Assembly (NCBI RefSeq): GCF_963921235.1
Contig: NC_086118.1
Coordinates: 28,150,001 to 28,214,000, forward strand
Origin: Mobula hypostoma
Taxonomy: Eukaryota
Length of the DNA: 64,000 bases
Reading direction: 5' to 3'
Positions 38,821-51,292 of the stretch are shown here, piece after piece. Below the pieces are notes generated by a model. It made no database searches. It was given only the letters and a program-made list of their open reading frames with translations, and was not told the DNA's origin. A program made the position numbers and the translations under genes. Each line of letters begins with the position of its first letter. Position 1 is the stretch's first letter.

Positions 38821-39686
38821 TGGAATGTGGGCTTTGCAGGCTGAGTCAACATTCATTTGCCCTTGGGAAGGTGGTGGTGAGCTGCTGCCTTGAGCAGCTG
38901 CTGTCTATGACAGATGGGTATGCCCACAATGTTATTAGGGAGAGTTTTCCAGGATTTTGACTGAGCTAGTGGCAGTGAAGGAACAGGAATATATTTCCAA
39001 GTTTGGCTTGGAGGCCAACTTCAAGCTGGTAGTGTTTCCACTCCTTTGCTGGCCTTTTTTTTCTAGCTGGCAGAAGTTCAGTTTGGGCGTCCTATTAAGG
39101 ACTGTTGGTGAACTGTTGCGGTGCATGTTGTAAACAGTACAAACTGCTGCTACTATATGTTGGTGGTGGAATGAGCAAATGGTTGTGGTGCTAATCGAGT
39201 GGGCTGTGATGTTCTCTATGTTCAAGGCAAGGTAAGTTGAGTTTCTTGTCAGTGCTCATGTGTGGTGAGGTTCAGCTCCAATGTAGAACGTGCAGCAGCA
39301 ACATCACAGGCAAGTATATGCAGACAATGTACAGAATATAAATCAAACAGAAATTATATAAGTTGTAGAAGACTGTGAAGCATGAGAAAAAGGCATGATA
39401 TTAGTGCAAAAAAAACACCATCAGTGACAAGGCCATCAGCGCAAGAGGTGATCTGTAGTGTTTTATTGTTAAGCTTCTTGAATGTTGTTGAAGCTGCACT
39501 TATTCAGGCAGGTTATACTATTTTCCTGACATTCAGTTCAAACATTCTAGAAGTTATGTTTATGTACTTGATCATATTTCTATATTTATGAAAATTTGAT
39601 TCATAAATAAGTAATTTTTATCACTGAAACAAATGGATGAATGCTATTTGTCTGGACAATTATACTTACTGGAAATGACAGCCAGG

Positions 39687-39735
39687 CATAAAACATTAAG
39701 CACAGAGCTTTGGGGGCGTGTTTTTTTAAGGAAGT
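39687..39735 (+). promoter_or_regulatory. Candidate proximal promoter of the CD7-like gene
   Basis: cataaaa 39687-39693, GC box tgggggcgtg 39711-39720 and ETS core aggaagt 39729-39735, about 80-130 bp upstream of the ATG. Motif match only. Confidence 0.4.
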
Positions 39736-39813
39736 TTCTGATGCAAGATGATCAGACAGTAAATAACAATGGTTTCAAAATGTTTCACCAGAAGTTACTT
39801 GTGAGAAGGAAAT

Positions 39814-39880
39814 ATGGCTGTACTAATATCACTCTACCTTCCAATTTTATTCTTCACAATGATTACTGCAGAGGGCCCAG
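39814..39880 (+). CDS. CD7: CD7-like exon 1: signal peptide MAVLISLYLPILFFTMITAEGP
   Basis: aatATGG Kozak context, in-frame upstream stop, hydrophobic core, phase-1 donor CAG|gtagga matching the phase-1 V exon. Confidence 0.8.
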
Positions 39881-42800
39881 GTAGGAAACATTTTCCTATG
39901 AACTTCTTAAATTTTAAATAATACTTTTATACTAAACATTTTATCGCAATATGTGCTTGTTCCTCTTCTTGTCCTTTTCTTGAATGTAAATTAGTCTAAA
40001 ATGAACTGACACATGCAGTGTATCTTTGGCATTGCATTTTACAAGCTCTTTTCCTACTCTAGACCCTTCTATGCCTCTCTGCCTCATTTTCTCACAATTC
40101 AGTGGTACATTTGGGCCATGTTTATATATTAGCAGGAAATGTTAAAAATGAAATCTATCCTTTCAAAGCATTGTCAACCGTGATTTTCATTAAAGAATAG
40201 AACTTTCCAATCTTTTCCTTGGCAAAATGCCAAATCTATATTTTTATGATTCCCTAATTGATGCAATTAACGTGTAAACAACATGTCAGACTATATATTT
40301 CAATCCTTCTGGTCTTTAAGCTGCAAATAAGTGAATTAATTAAAATGTGAATAAATAGCCAAATGCGGCTATACTAATAGGAAAACAGTTAATCAAGTAG
40401 CTTAAAATTATGTTAATATCTAAGGCTTCTTTTTCAAATATTTGTAACTTCCAAGCTGGGACACAATACTGTTGCCTTAGAAAGTATTACAATATTAAAA
40501 TAACTTATTAAAATGAAACCAAAACTACATTAGAACATTTGAATATACAAAAATAGTAAAAAAGACCTTAACATTGCATTTGCCTCAACAACTCTTCCAA
40601 AAATTTTGAAGAGCAAAAACAGAAACTGGAAAAATAAAATTAAAAATTTAAAATGCTGGGAATTGTTCAGCTTGGCAAGCCGTATCTGTGGATTTGAGAA
40701 GTGAATAACAGAATTAAAGTTTTGGATCAATCATGTTTCTGAAATACTGTACTTCAGATGATCAGCTCAGCAGTTTCAATACTGATAACTTGCAAAATTT
40801 GTTAATGCTTAAAATTGAATAACTGTTAATAGAAGACAGAGCCAGCAAAAAAATTCTTAAACACAAGAGCTGGAAATGCAGAGTAACACACACAAAATGC
40901 TGGAGGACCTCAGAAGTTCAGGCAGCTTCTAAGGAAAGGAATAAAGAGTTGACTTTTAGGCTGGGACCCTTTATCAGAGTTAAGACATGCACTTTCAAAA
41001 ACTTAACTTGTTTTTCTTCTAATAATTAAACAAACTTTTCATCACTTGCGATCTGATTAGAAATTGACGTTAAAGTCACTATGGTTTATGCACTCTGGTT
41101 TAAAAAAATGCATAATCTGTGAATTGTTTGTCTTTGCTTCTTTTTGAAAAGAATCTAGAACATAGAAAATGATAGCACAGTGAAGGCCCTTTGGCCCACA
41201 ATGTTGTGCTGAATTTTTAATCTATCCTAAGATCAGCCTAACTCTTCCCTCCTATATAGTCCTTGTGATTCTTGAACTCAATCCCAGACTCATCAAGGCC
41301 AGCACACCACACACCATCTTAACAAACTATCAACTTGTATGGCAACTTTAAAGGATCTGTGGTTGTGGACCCCAAGATCTTTCCATTCCTACACATTGCT
41401 AAGAATCCTGCTCACCCAGTGCTCTGCCTTCAAGTTCAATCTCCAACGTTCACCATTTCACACATTTTCAGCCACTTCTCAGCCCAGCTTTGCATCCTAT
41501 TAATGTCCTATTTTAATCTACTGCAATCTTTTGCGAAATCTACTACACCATCAACTTTCGTGTTATCTGCAAACTTGCACTCCACCCTTCCACTTCTTCC
41601 AAATCATTTTTAAAACTCACGAAGAGCAGGTGTCCCAGTACAGATCCGTATAGAATAGCACCTCCTGTCGAGCCAGGAAAACACTGTCGACACAGAAATA
41701 GAACAGCTTCTATACAACCTTTATCAGACTCTTGAAATAACCTCCTGTATGTTAATAATGAACTCCTAACTTCACAATCTCCTTAATCACAGCCCTTGCA
41801 CTTAAAAGTCAATCTGCATTGCACTTCCTCTTATTTGTTACACTATATCTAACATTCTTTTACTGTTTGTTCTTGTTCTGCCTCAATGTACTTGCGTTTT
41901 AAAGTAATGTGCATGGATGGCATGCAAAGCTAAATTGTTCACTAGGTCTCCGTACATGTGACAAAAATTAATAACAATACCAATTACAGTCGCAATCATT
42001 AAACAAAGGAAAAAATGCTTCTGATTACTATTGGGCACATATGATGTCACATCTTAAAGCAGATATTATGGCAAAAATTTGACCATGATAGTGAAAAGAA
42101 AGATCATGGAAAGTTAGATCATAGAAAGTTGCAGTCACCAAAAATGCTGGAGATGATGGGTCTTCCTTCATCCCCATTCTGATGAAGGCCTGAAACATTA
42201 ATGCTGCTGCTCTTCCCTCAGAGGCTGTCTGACTTGATGAGTATTTCCAGCACTTATTGTATGTATTTTAGATTTGCAGTATCTGCGGTATTTTGGCCTT
42301 CATAGATTCCTTTGAAATGAAATGCAAGTAAGGAGATACTTGCCACAAGACTAATATTTTCATAGGAAAGTTGCAGGGGAGAATGATACTCAGGAAGACA
42401 CTGAAGCCAATGAAAAGTTGTTGTACTGCAATGTTTGCTGCAGAGCAAAATATCACAAATTAAGCTGGCCAAAATAAACATTAAGCCGTGACTAAAAATA
42501 GGGGAGACCAATTTGCAAACCCAATGATCTTGGAGACTTTGTACTGAAGAAAACTATCATATATTTGGTTAGCGAACATGTGTTAAAGCCTTTTGCTGAA
42601 AGTGTACAAATTAGCGTTAATCAAATGAAATAGAAGCTTTTGAAAATAATCAGCAGGTCAAGAAATATCTGGAAGAAGTTAAAGTTTCAGATCATTGACC
42701 TTTCATCAGATATCAGTTATGAAGAGTTCATTTGCCTGAAAGGTTTTTTTCCACCGTACACCTTTGTGGCAGATTCCAGAATGATAGCCACCTCCGAGGC

Positions 42801-43776
42801 AAGAATCACGTGCTTGTCTGCTTTTATTGTTTATTGCCCCCTTTCCTATCTTTTTTTCAGTGTATGCTTGAGTTCTGAACCATTATTTGGAACTATATTT
42901 ATATACTTATTTGAGACCAAAATTGTCCGAACCTTCTCAGTCAGCAGTGAGGAAAATGTGTGAAAGACTACCTTGAAACGTATCTTATTTTACTACTGGG
43001 AATATATCTAATTGTGAGGTCAGGATGGGAATGTTGAAATGTTTTGAGTGCGTGAGTGTGAGGTAGGAAGTAAATGTTCGATAGTTTTCATGACCAATAG
43101 AGATGGTCAGCAATGGGATATAGAGTAACATGGGGGACTTCCACTGCAGCTATTTGAAATAAGATTGCATGATGCACTGACTGACTTGACTGTATGTTAA
43201 ATCTTCTGTTCTGGTGACACCCTCATATCCAGTTTAAGCATTATTTCCTCTCATTATCACCTGTACACGGACCTGAATATGTCACTTGTCACTGCTTATT
43301 CCCAAGGCACTCTCATCTGCTCACCTCATCTACCATGGCATTCCAGCAAATGCCACAATATTGGAGAATCTGAATATGTGGTAGTCCATCATGAAGATAT
43401 CAGACTCTACTCAGAGGCTTCCCACAGCTGATAAAGGCAAAGAGCATTGAGAGATGCAAGTGTGATTTAATCTGTACTAGCTAGCTTCATGAAATCAAAA
43501 TCAGAACACAAAATGATAAATACCCTGTGATTCTGATTAATTATGACTTGGGGTTCAATGTACAACACACAAAGTTACATTGCAGGACCCAATGTAACGA
43601 TTCTCAACACTAAGTTCTTACAGGGAACCAGCTTTGTCCTGTGGCACCTCATCAGTGATCACATGATGATCCTCATCCTCTCTATCTATCTTTAAATTAA
43701 GAAAACATTTATATCAAAGTATTATTGGTCTCTTCATTTTTGCACTGACTATATTTTTAATTGTGTAATTTTACAG

Positions 43777-44130
43777 ATGGCTCTGTTGAGCAGTTTCCAC
43801 GCTCCAAACTGGCAAAAAAAGGAGAATCAGCTACAATAAAGTGTAAAATTACAGTTAGGAATGGAAAGGTAGTGGGTACTCACTTTAAAAAGAATCCTCT
43901 ATGGCCGGAGGATCTGTGTTATTTCAATGGAGCAAATGAAATTGCACACATTGCAGTATCATACCGGGATCGACTCAACTGTAATAAGACAATCGACGAT
44001 GAAGAAAGTGTCACCATTCAGTTCAGAAATCTCCAGATAAATGATACTAATTTTTATTATTGTACCACTGGGATCAAAGAGGCCAAACTTTCTGACTTCC
44101 ATGGAAGAGGAACCCTTCTTATTGTATCAG
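43777..44130 (+). CDS. CD7: CD7-like exon 2: Ig V-set domain
   Basis: ttttacag acceptor, CAG|gtatac donor, 354 nt, phase 1-1. B-strand ATIKC, YRDRL, LQINDTNFYYC and G-strand GRGTLLIV. Confidence 0.9.
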
Positions 44131-45239
44131 GTATACTTTATGCATGAAATTTTCTTCCATTATTATAGGCCGAAATAAAATTGCTGATAAAAAGCTACGT
44201 ATATATACAAATTACATATGTATTTGCTCAGATGTCACTTTGTCTCCAGTTTTTTTCAATGCACTGATATCCCAAGCAAAATTTTCTTTGCTTCTAATGA
44301 TCTTTCTGTAAGGAAATTAGCCGTTTGTTAGTCAAAATTCTTTTCACTGTTCTAAGAAATGAAGTTGAAGTAATTGCATTTTAAGTGCTATACTCAGTCT
44401 TGCCTTCATAACAATTCATAACAAAATTCTGTCAAGAACATAGTCGAATTTCCAAGTGGAAGCAAAGATCTTATTGCCATTACATAAAACATTCATTTTA
44501 AAATGTTACTATAATAACATTAGACATCCCAGAGGAAACGGCTGAATACCCTGTACTGTGATTGCCCTCTATTTGGATGAAAAGGCACTGATTTAAATGT
44601 AGATTTGAAATTTTAAAAAAATCATTAGGAGTCAATTAACAATAACTTTAATTCTTGGTAGCCAGTAGGATTATTTCATGTTATTGTGGTCTATTCTAGT
44701 CGAGCATGACACCAACAAATTTGTTTGTCAATTGTGGAAAAGATGTGCTTTTGCTATTCATTAAAATTTTAATTCTAAGGAATAATCATTTTCTTTGGAA
44801 GCCTACAGTATAAAAAATAATGCAACATGTAGCAATGTTCATAAGTGATATATTAATATTTTAAACAGAAATCTGGTTCATAGTTGTGCTAGCTTTAAGT
44901 GAAAAGGTTTTTAGTTTAACACCCATTTCAGGTAGAGTTTAACAGATAAAGGCTGAGTTTTATATAAACCCAAAGTGCTGGAGGAACTCAGCAAGTCAGG
45001 CAGCACCTATTGAGAATAAAGAGTTGAAATTTTGTACTGAGAAGCTTCTTCAGTTCATGCAGCTGTTTGATTTTTTTTTCTTTACTCAAAACTTCCAGCT
45101 TTGCAAAATCTCTTGTGTATATCAGTCTTCGATAATGTATTGTTGAGAGAGAATGTCTTGCAAGTGAAGTGCTAAATTGTTGCTGGTTCTGCCCACTAAG
45201 ATGGATATGTCTCATAAATGGTTCATGCCACTATTTGGC

Positions 45240-48200
45240 CAATATTATCCACAAACCAATATTCATACAAGTCATGGCTGACCCAATTTTCTTCTCAGCC
45301 CCAAACTCCTGCCTTCTTCCTGTATCCCTTCATGTCCTGTCAATCAAGAATCTATCAACCTCTGCCTTCGGATCTACCTAAAGACTTGGACTCCACAGCT
45401 GCCAGTGGCAAAGAATTCAACAAATTCACCATACTCTGACTAAAGAAATTTCTCCTCATCTCTGTTCTAAAAGGACACCCCTTTATTCTGAAGCTATGTC
45501 CTCTGGTCTTAGACTTTCCCGCCATAGGAAACATTCTCTCCACATCCACTTTATCAAGGCCTTTTACCATTCAATGAGGTCACCTCTCATTCTTCTGAAT
45601 TCTAGCGAATACTGCCCAGAGCCATCAAATGCTCTTCATATGACAAGCCATTCAATCCTGGAATCATTTTCGTCAACCTCCTTTGAACCTTCTCTGGTTT
45701 CACCACATCCTTTCTAAGACAAGGGGCCCAAAACTGCTCACGATGCCCTAATTGAGGCATCATAGTGCTTAATAAAGTCTCAACATTACATTCTTGCTTT
45801 TATATTCTAATCCTCTTAAAATGAATGCTAATGTCGCATTTTCCTTCCTCACCACAGACTCAACCTGCAAATTAACCTTTAGGGAATCATGCACAAGGAC
45901 TCCCAAGTTCCTTTATGTCTCAGTTTTTATGTATTTTCTCTTCCATTTAGAAAATAGTCTACCTCACTTTTATAAAAATGTATAGTATTTCTGTTTTGTA
46001 CAATTTTTAATCTATTCAATATACAGATACTGTATATAGTGTAATGAACAAGATCTACTTATTTATTATTATCCTTCTATATTATGTATTGCATTGAACT
46101 GCTGCTGCTAAGTTAACAAATTTCACGTCACACGCCAGTGATAATAAACTTGATTCTGAATATTTCATTTCTTCTATCAAAGTGCATAACCATTCATTTC
46201 CTAACACTGTATTCTAATTGCCATTCCTTTGCCCATTCTCCTAATCTGTCCAAGTCCTTCTGTAGCCTATCTACTTACTCAAAACTACCTGCTCCTCCAA
46301 CTATCTTCATTTCATCTGTAAACTTTGCAACAAAGTTATTAATTCCATCATCCAAATCATTGATATATAGCGTAAAAAGAATTGGTCCCAGCACAGACCC
46401 CTGTGGAACACCTAGTCACCAGCAGTCAACCAGAAAAGGCTCCCTTTCTTCCCACTCTTTCCCTCCTGCCAATGAGCTCTGCTTTAATGATGCTAGAATT
46501 TTTCCTGTAATACCATGGGCTCATATCTTGTTAAGTAGCATCATGTGCAGGATATTGTCAAAGCCCTTCTGAAAATCCAAGTGCACAGCATTGACCAATC
46601 TCCCCTTTGCCTATCCTACATGTTATTTATTCAAAGAATTCCAACAGATTAGTCAGGCAGGAATTTCCCTTGAGGAAACCATGCTGACTACAGCCTATTT
46701 TATCATGTGCCTCCAAGTACCCTGAGACCTCACCCTTAATAATCAACTCCAACATCTTCCCTACCACTGAGATCAGATTAACTGGCGTATAGTTTCCTTT
46801 CTTCTGCCTCTCTCTCTTCTTGAAGAGTGGGGTGACATTTGCAATTTTCCACTCTTCCAGAACCATTCCAGAAACTAGTTATTCTTGAAAGATCATTACA
46901 AATGCCATCACAATCACTTCACCCACCTCTTTCAGAACCCTGGGATGTACACCACCTGGTCCAGGTGACTTATTTACCTTCAGTCCCATGTTTCCTAAGA
47001 ACCTTCTCTCTAGTTATGGTAACTTCACACACTTCATGCCCCCTAATACCTGGGACTTCCACCATACTGTTAATATCTTCCACAGTGAAGACTGATGCAA
47101 AATACTTATTCAGTTTGTCTGCAATTTTGTTGTCCTCATTACTGCATCTCCAGCATTGTTTTCCAGTGGTCCGTTATCTCTTTTACACTATATGTATCTG
47201 AAGAAACATAAGAAACATGATATCCTCTTTAATATTGTTGGCTAGCTTACTTTTGTATTCTATCTTTTCCTTAATGACTTTTTTAGTTGTCTTCTGTTGG
47301 TTTTTAAATGTTTCCCACTTTTTTTTTGCTCTGTTATATGCCCTTTCTTTGGCTTTTATGTTAGCTTTGACTTGTTCACCACAGTTGTTATCTTTCCTTT
47401 GGAATAGTTTTTCCTCTTTGGGGTGTATATATCCTATGCCTTCAAAATGGTTTCCAGAACGTCCAGCTATTGCTGCTCTGCGGTCATCCCTGTCAATGTT
47501 CTTTTACAATCAATTCTGGCCGGCTCCTCTCTCATGCGCCTCTAATTCCCCTCACTCCATTGTAATACTGATCCATCTGAGTTTAGTTGCTCCTTCTCAA
47601 AATTCAGGTGAATTCAATCATATTATGATCACTTTCCCCAAATGGTTCTTTTACCTAAAGCCTGCTAATCAATTCTGGTCCATTACACAACACCCAATCC
47701 AGAACAGCTGATTCCCCTCGTGGGCTGAACCCTGAGCTGCTCTAAAAAGCCATTTTGTAGGGCCTCTAGAAATTCCCCCTCCAGGAATCAAGCACCAACC
47801 TGATTTTCCCAATCTACCTGCATAATGAAATCCCCCATGACTATTGTAACATTGCCCTTCTGGCATGTATTTTCTATCTCTCATAATTTATAGACCACAT
47901 CCTTACTAATGTTTGGGGGTCTGTATACAACTCCCATCAAGGTCTTCTTACCTTGTGGTTCCTTAGCTCTATCCACAATGAATCAACACCCTCTGATCTT
48001 ATGTCACCTCTTTCGAAAGATTTGATTTCATTTTTTCACCAGCAGAGCATCGCCACACCCCTCTGCCTTCCTGCCTGTCTTATCAATACAATGTGTAGCC
48101 TTGGACATTAAGCTCCCAGCTGTAATCTTTTTAGCCATGATTCAATGATGCCTACAACAGCATACCTTCTAATCTACAACTCTGCTGCAATTTCATCTAC

Positions 48201-48540
48201 CTTATTCCTTGTACTGTGCACATTCAAATATAATACCTTCAGCACTGTATTTACCCTTTTTAATTTTGTCCACCTTTTACGTTGCATCTCCTCCTGTGGA
48301 CTACAATTTTGCCCTATCAAGTGCCTCTCCTCACTACACATTGCCTCTGTTTGTAAACTAGTTACCTCAACTTCAGCACTATTATCCGCCTTTCCTACGA
48401 TACCGCTTGCGTTGAAATATACACAGCTCAGGACACTAGTCGCACAATGCTCAACCTTTTGATTTTCTAACTTTGTCTGATGTTCTACTAACATCTGCCT
48501 CCATATTGTCATCTGGAACCCCATTTTTACCTTGCTATGC
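45240..48540 (-). mobile_element. Long decayed CR1 LINE in intron 2
   Basis: WKIANVTPLFKK, QHGFLKGNSCLTNLLEFFE, C-terminal TRGHS...FFSQ and APE start LYLNVHSTRNK. Contains a small LINE-tail insert at about 45980-46160. Confidence 0.85.
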
Positions 48541-48815
48541 TTTGACTTAACCTGCTCAGACCTCATCAGTTTATTGCATGATCATTAGCGCTTTGGCATT
48601 AGTCCCTCTGTCATTTACAAACCTTACTAATAGTAAGCCAATTTTCAATTCAATTTTGACCAGTTATAAGTATGGTAACCCAGAACCAGGAATTTGCAGC
48701 AGACTAGCTTTCATATTGTTTTCTCCCTAAAAATACTCATTAAGCTCACTCTGATTTGTAGCTAAATGGTAAAATTAAAATATAAATGTGTGCATATTTT
48801 ATCTTATCTTCCCAG

Positions 48816-48958
48816 AGCCTGACAACCAAACCTGTGCAGCAAATTGTGTTGAAAAAGATGTCTGCAAATTAGTTTATTTGAAGGATCCAGTAATGATCAC
48901 AGTGATTATATTTGTAGCTGTTTTCATGATTTGTGGACTAGTTCTGTTAGTACTCTAC
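48816..48958 (+). CDS. CD7: CD7-like exon 3: stalk + transmembrane helix
   Basis: atcttatcttcccag acceptor (phase 1), TAC|gtaagt donor (phase 0). Encodes EPDNQTCAANCVEKDVCKLVYLKDP followed by TM VMITVIIFVAVFMICGLVLLVLY. Confidence 0.9.
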
Positions 48959-49329
48959 GTAAGTTCCTCTGTTTCAAATATTTATAATGCTGTATAATGT
49001 CAAAGATTATAGAGTAAAGTAAGATTATTAATCTGATTGAAGAAATATTGAGAGGGGAACAGATGTATTTAAGGATGCATTCATTTGAAAATTGCTGTCT
49101 ACAGCCTTGCTAAAGGTATACTCTACAAGCTTTCATCAAGGGTTTCTACTTTAGTCATCTAACATACAGCATATTTTAGTACAGATGTAAAATGGTTTAA
49201 TTATTCCTAGTCAAAACCAAAAACATAAACATTTGTTTCTTTATATAATTGCATGAGTGAAATGAAACATTGAGTAATGCATTGCATTTCACCAGAAACA
49301 TACTCAGGTGAAGGTCCTGTCTCTCACAC

Positions 49330-49663
49330 ACAGGCATGAACTCCAGTATAACTTGTAGAGCTGGTCATCAGGATCATACTCAGGGAATTGAACTTTGAAA
49401 TCAAACTAAAGAGATGGACTCAACAATCACATTGGGGTGATTGATGTGAGGACCAAACTGAGGAGATAGACTGGGATCACAGTTGGGAGATGAACTCTGG
49501 GATCATACAAAGGAGATGGACCCTGGGATCACATGGGGCAATTGGCTCTGGGACCATACTGAGGAGATGCACTTTGGGATCATACGATAGAGCTGAACAC
49601 TGAGATCACATTGGGGAGATGGGCTCTGGGACCATAGTGGGGAAATGGACTCCAGAATCACAA
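49330..49663 (+). repeat. Degenerate minisatellite, about 26-bp unit, about 12-13 copies, in intron 3
   Basis: Recurring unit resembling gaggagatggactctgggatcacact. Confidence 0.75.
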
Positions 49664-50350
49664 GGTTCCTTCACTATAAACTCCTAAACCTGGACTGAGC
49701 AAGGCAAGATGAAGGGGAACATCACCTGCAGTTTTCCTTCCAAATTGCAGTCCAACCTGGTTTGGAAACATATTCCTATTCATGCATCATTCGTGGGTAT
49801 AAACCACAGAACTTCCTTCCCAACAGTATTGTGGAGTATCTTCCCATATTCCATGATTCAAGAAGCCAGCTCACACTGACTTAGCATGGATCTCTGATGA
49901 TTATTACCCTTGCCAAAAATCAAGACATTTCCTGGGATTAACTTTACTGGGGGTATCAATAGACAGCAGGGCGGAGAATGGCTTAGCATTAGAGCAGAGG
50001 TAATATATCAGCTAATATTGATTCCAAGGAAAATATATTTTCAAGGTCTATTAAATATAATTGGGATATGCAAGGATAATCTTTATTCACCATATACATG
50101 TATTACATGTATTCTGAATTTGCTGTGGTGTGTTAGCACAGCATGTAACAAAAACAACATATGATAATTATAAAGAATTGCATGAAATTAAGTGAAAAAT
50201 CATAAGTTAAAAATTAAGACTGCATGAATTTAATGCATGTATGCATTTCTAAATGACAATAAAAGAGGACTGTTCTCATAATCTAATTTCTCTTTTAAAA
50301 TCTAAGCTGTGTGGAAAAAAAGCAAATTTAAAAATTGTTTTAACTTACAG

Positions 50351-50452
50351 ATAAGAAAACATTACCATTGGGATCAGTCACAACGTAAACGAGCTCCAAA
50401 CTCAGTGTATGAAGACATGAATCTGGTGCGAACCCAAAGCATGGTACGATAA
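50351..50452 (+). CDS. CD7: CD7-like exon 4: cytoplasmic tail IRKHYHWDQSQRKRAPNSVYEDMNLVRTQSMVR*
   Basis: tttaacttacag acceptor (phase 0), basic stop-transfer RK, YEDM at 50408-50419, TAA at 50450-50452. Confidence 0.88.
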   Translation: MRKHYHWDQSQRKRAPNSVYEDMNLVRTQSMVR

Positions 50453-50741
50453 TTTCAGCTACAATGGACTTTGAACATTTGATTCAGTTTTTCTGCAAGG
50501 GTCTAAATGCATCATCACAGTAAATCAAGGCTTACTGGAATCTGTGAGAGTCTCCAAACTTTTTTTTACACAGTATTATTTGACAATGTAAGTATTTGTC
50601 TGAGTAAAATTTGGTTGATTTGTAGAAGGTAGTACTTATGATGACAGTGAATACATATGTTTAATGTAAAAATACTTTATAAATAGCACTCTGTTCCATT
50701 ACAATATGAATGCACTCTGTATATATTTTTATTTTTTCATT

Positions 50742-50747
50742 AATAAA
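50742..50747 (+). terminator. Candidate polyadenylation signal of the CD7-like gene
   Basis: AATAAA about 290 nt after the stop codon, in an AT-rich 3'UTR. Confidence 0.55.
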
Positions 50748-50899
50748 AAAAAATCATCATCTTTCAACCCTCATTGTTCATGAGTCCCTGTAAGTTGTTT
50801 TAAGGCTGAAAAGGAAACTTGGAACTCTGTCAGCCATTAATCAATGTCACACAATGGTGTGAAAACCTTGTTTAAGTAGCACTTGATTTTCAATTACCT

Positions 50900-51292
50900 T
50901 TTGGAGAGGAAATTTGATAGAGATATACAAAATTATGAGGGGTAGAGATGGGTTAAATGCAAGCAGGCTTTTTCCACTGAGGTTGGGTAAGACTACAATC
51001 AGAGGTCATGGGTTAAGGGTGAAAGGTGAAAAGTTTAAGGGCAACATGAGGAAAACTTCTTCACTAAGAATGTTGTGAGAGTGTGGACAGAGCTGCCAGC
51101 AGAAGTGGTACATGTGAACTTGATTTCAATTTTTTTTTAGAGAAGTTTGAAATGGTACATGGATGGCAGGGGTATGGTAGACTCCAGTCCCAATGCACGT
51201 CGATGTGAGTAAGCAGTTTAAATGTTTCAGCATGGACTAGATGGGCTGAAGGGCCCATTTCCTTGCTGTACTTTTCTAAGACCCTATGTCTC
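50900..51292 (+). mobile_element. CR1 3' end
   Basis: gatagagatatacaaaattatgagggg...gggctgaagggccc 3' UTR hairpin region. Confidence 0.75.

Noticed and set aside
39633..39884. 83-aa ORF in the track overlapping exon 1
   Set aside because: Different frame from the signal peptide, no recognisable features, and it ends in a stop at the donor site.
42955..43030. Hydrophobic stretch YLILLLGIYLIV as the leader exon
   Set aside because: No in-frame ATG and no phase-1 donor; 39814-39880 fits much better.
43761..44147. V exon as a rearranging TCR/Ig V segment
   Set aside because: The G strand (GRGTLLIV) is already joined in the germline, a splice donor follows instead of a CACAGTG heptamer, the C-strand Trp is absent, and no constant domain lies before the TM exon.
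49330..49663. CRISPR-like array
   Set aside because: Eukaryotic context, contiguous degenerate units with no unique spacers, and no cas genes.
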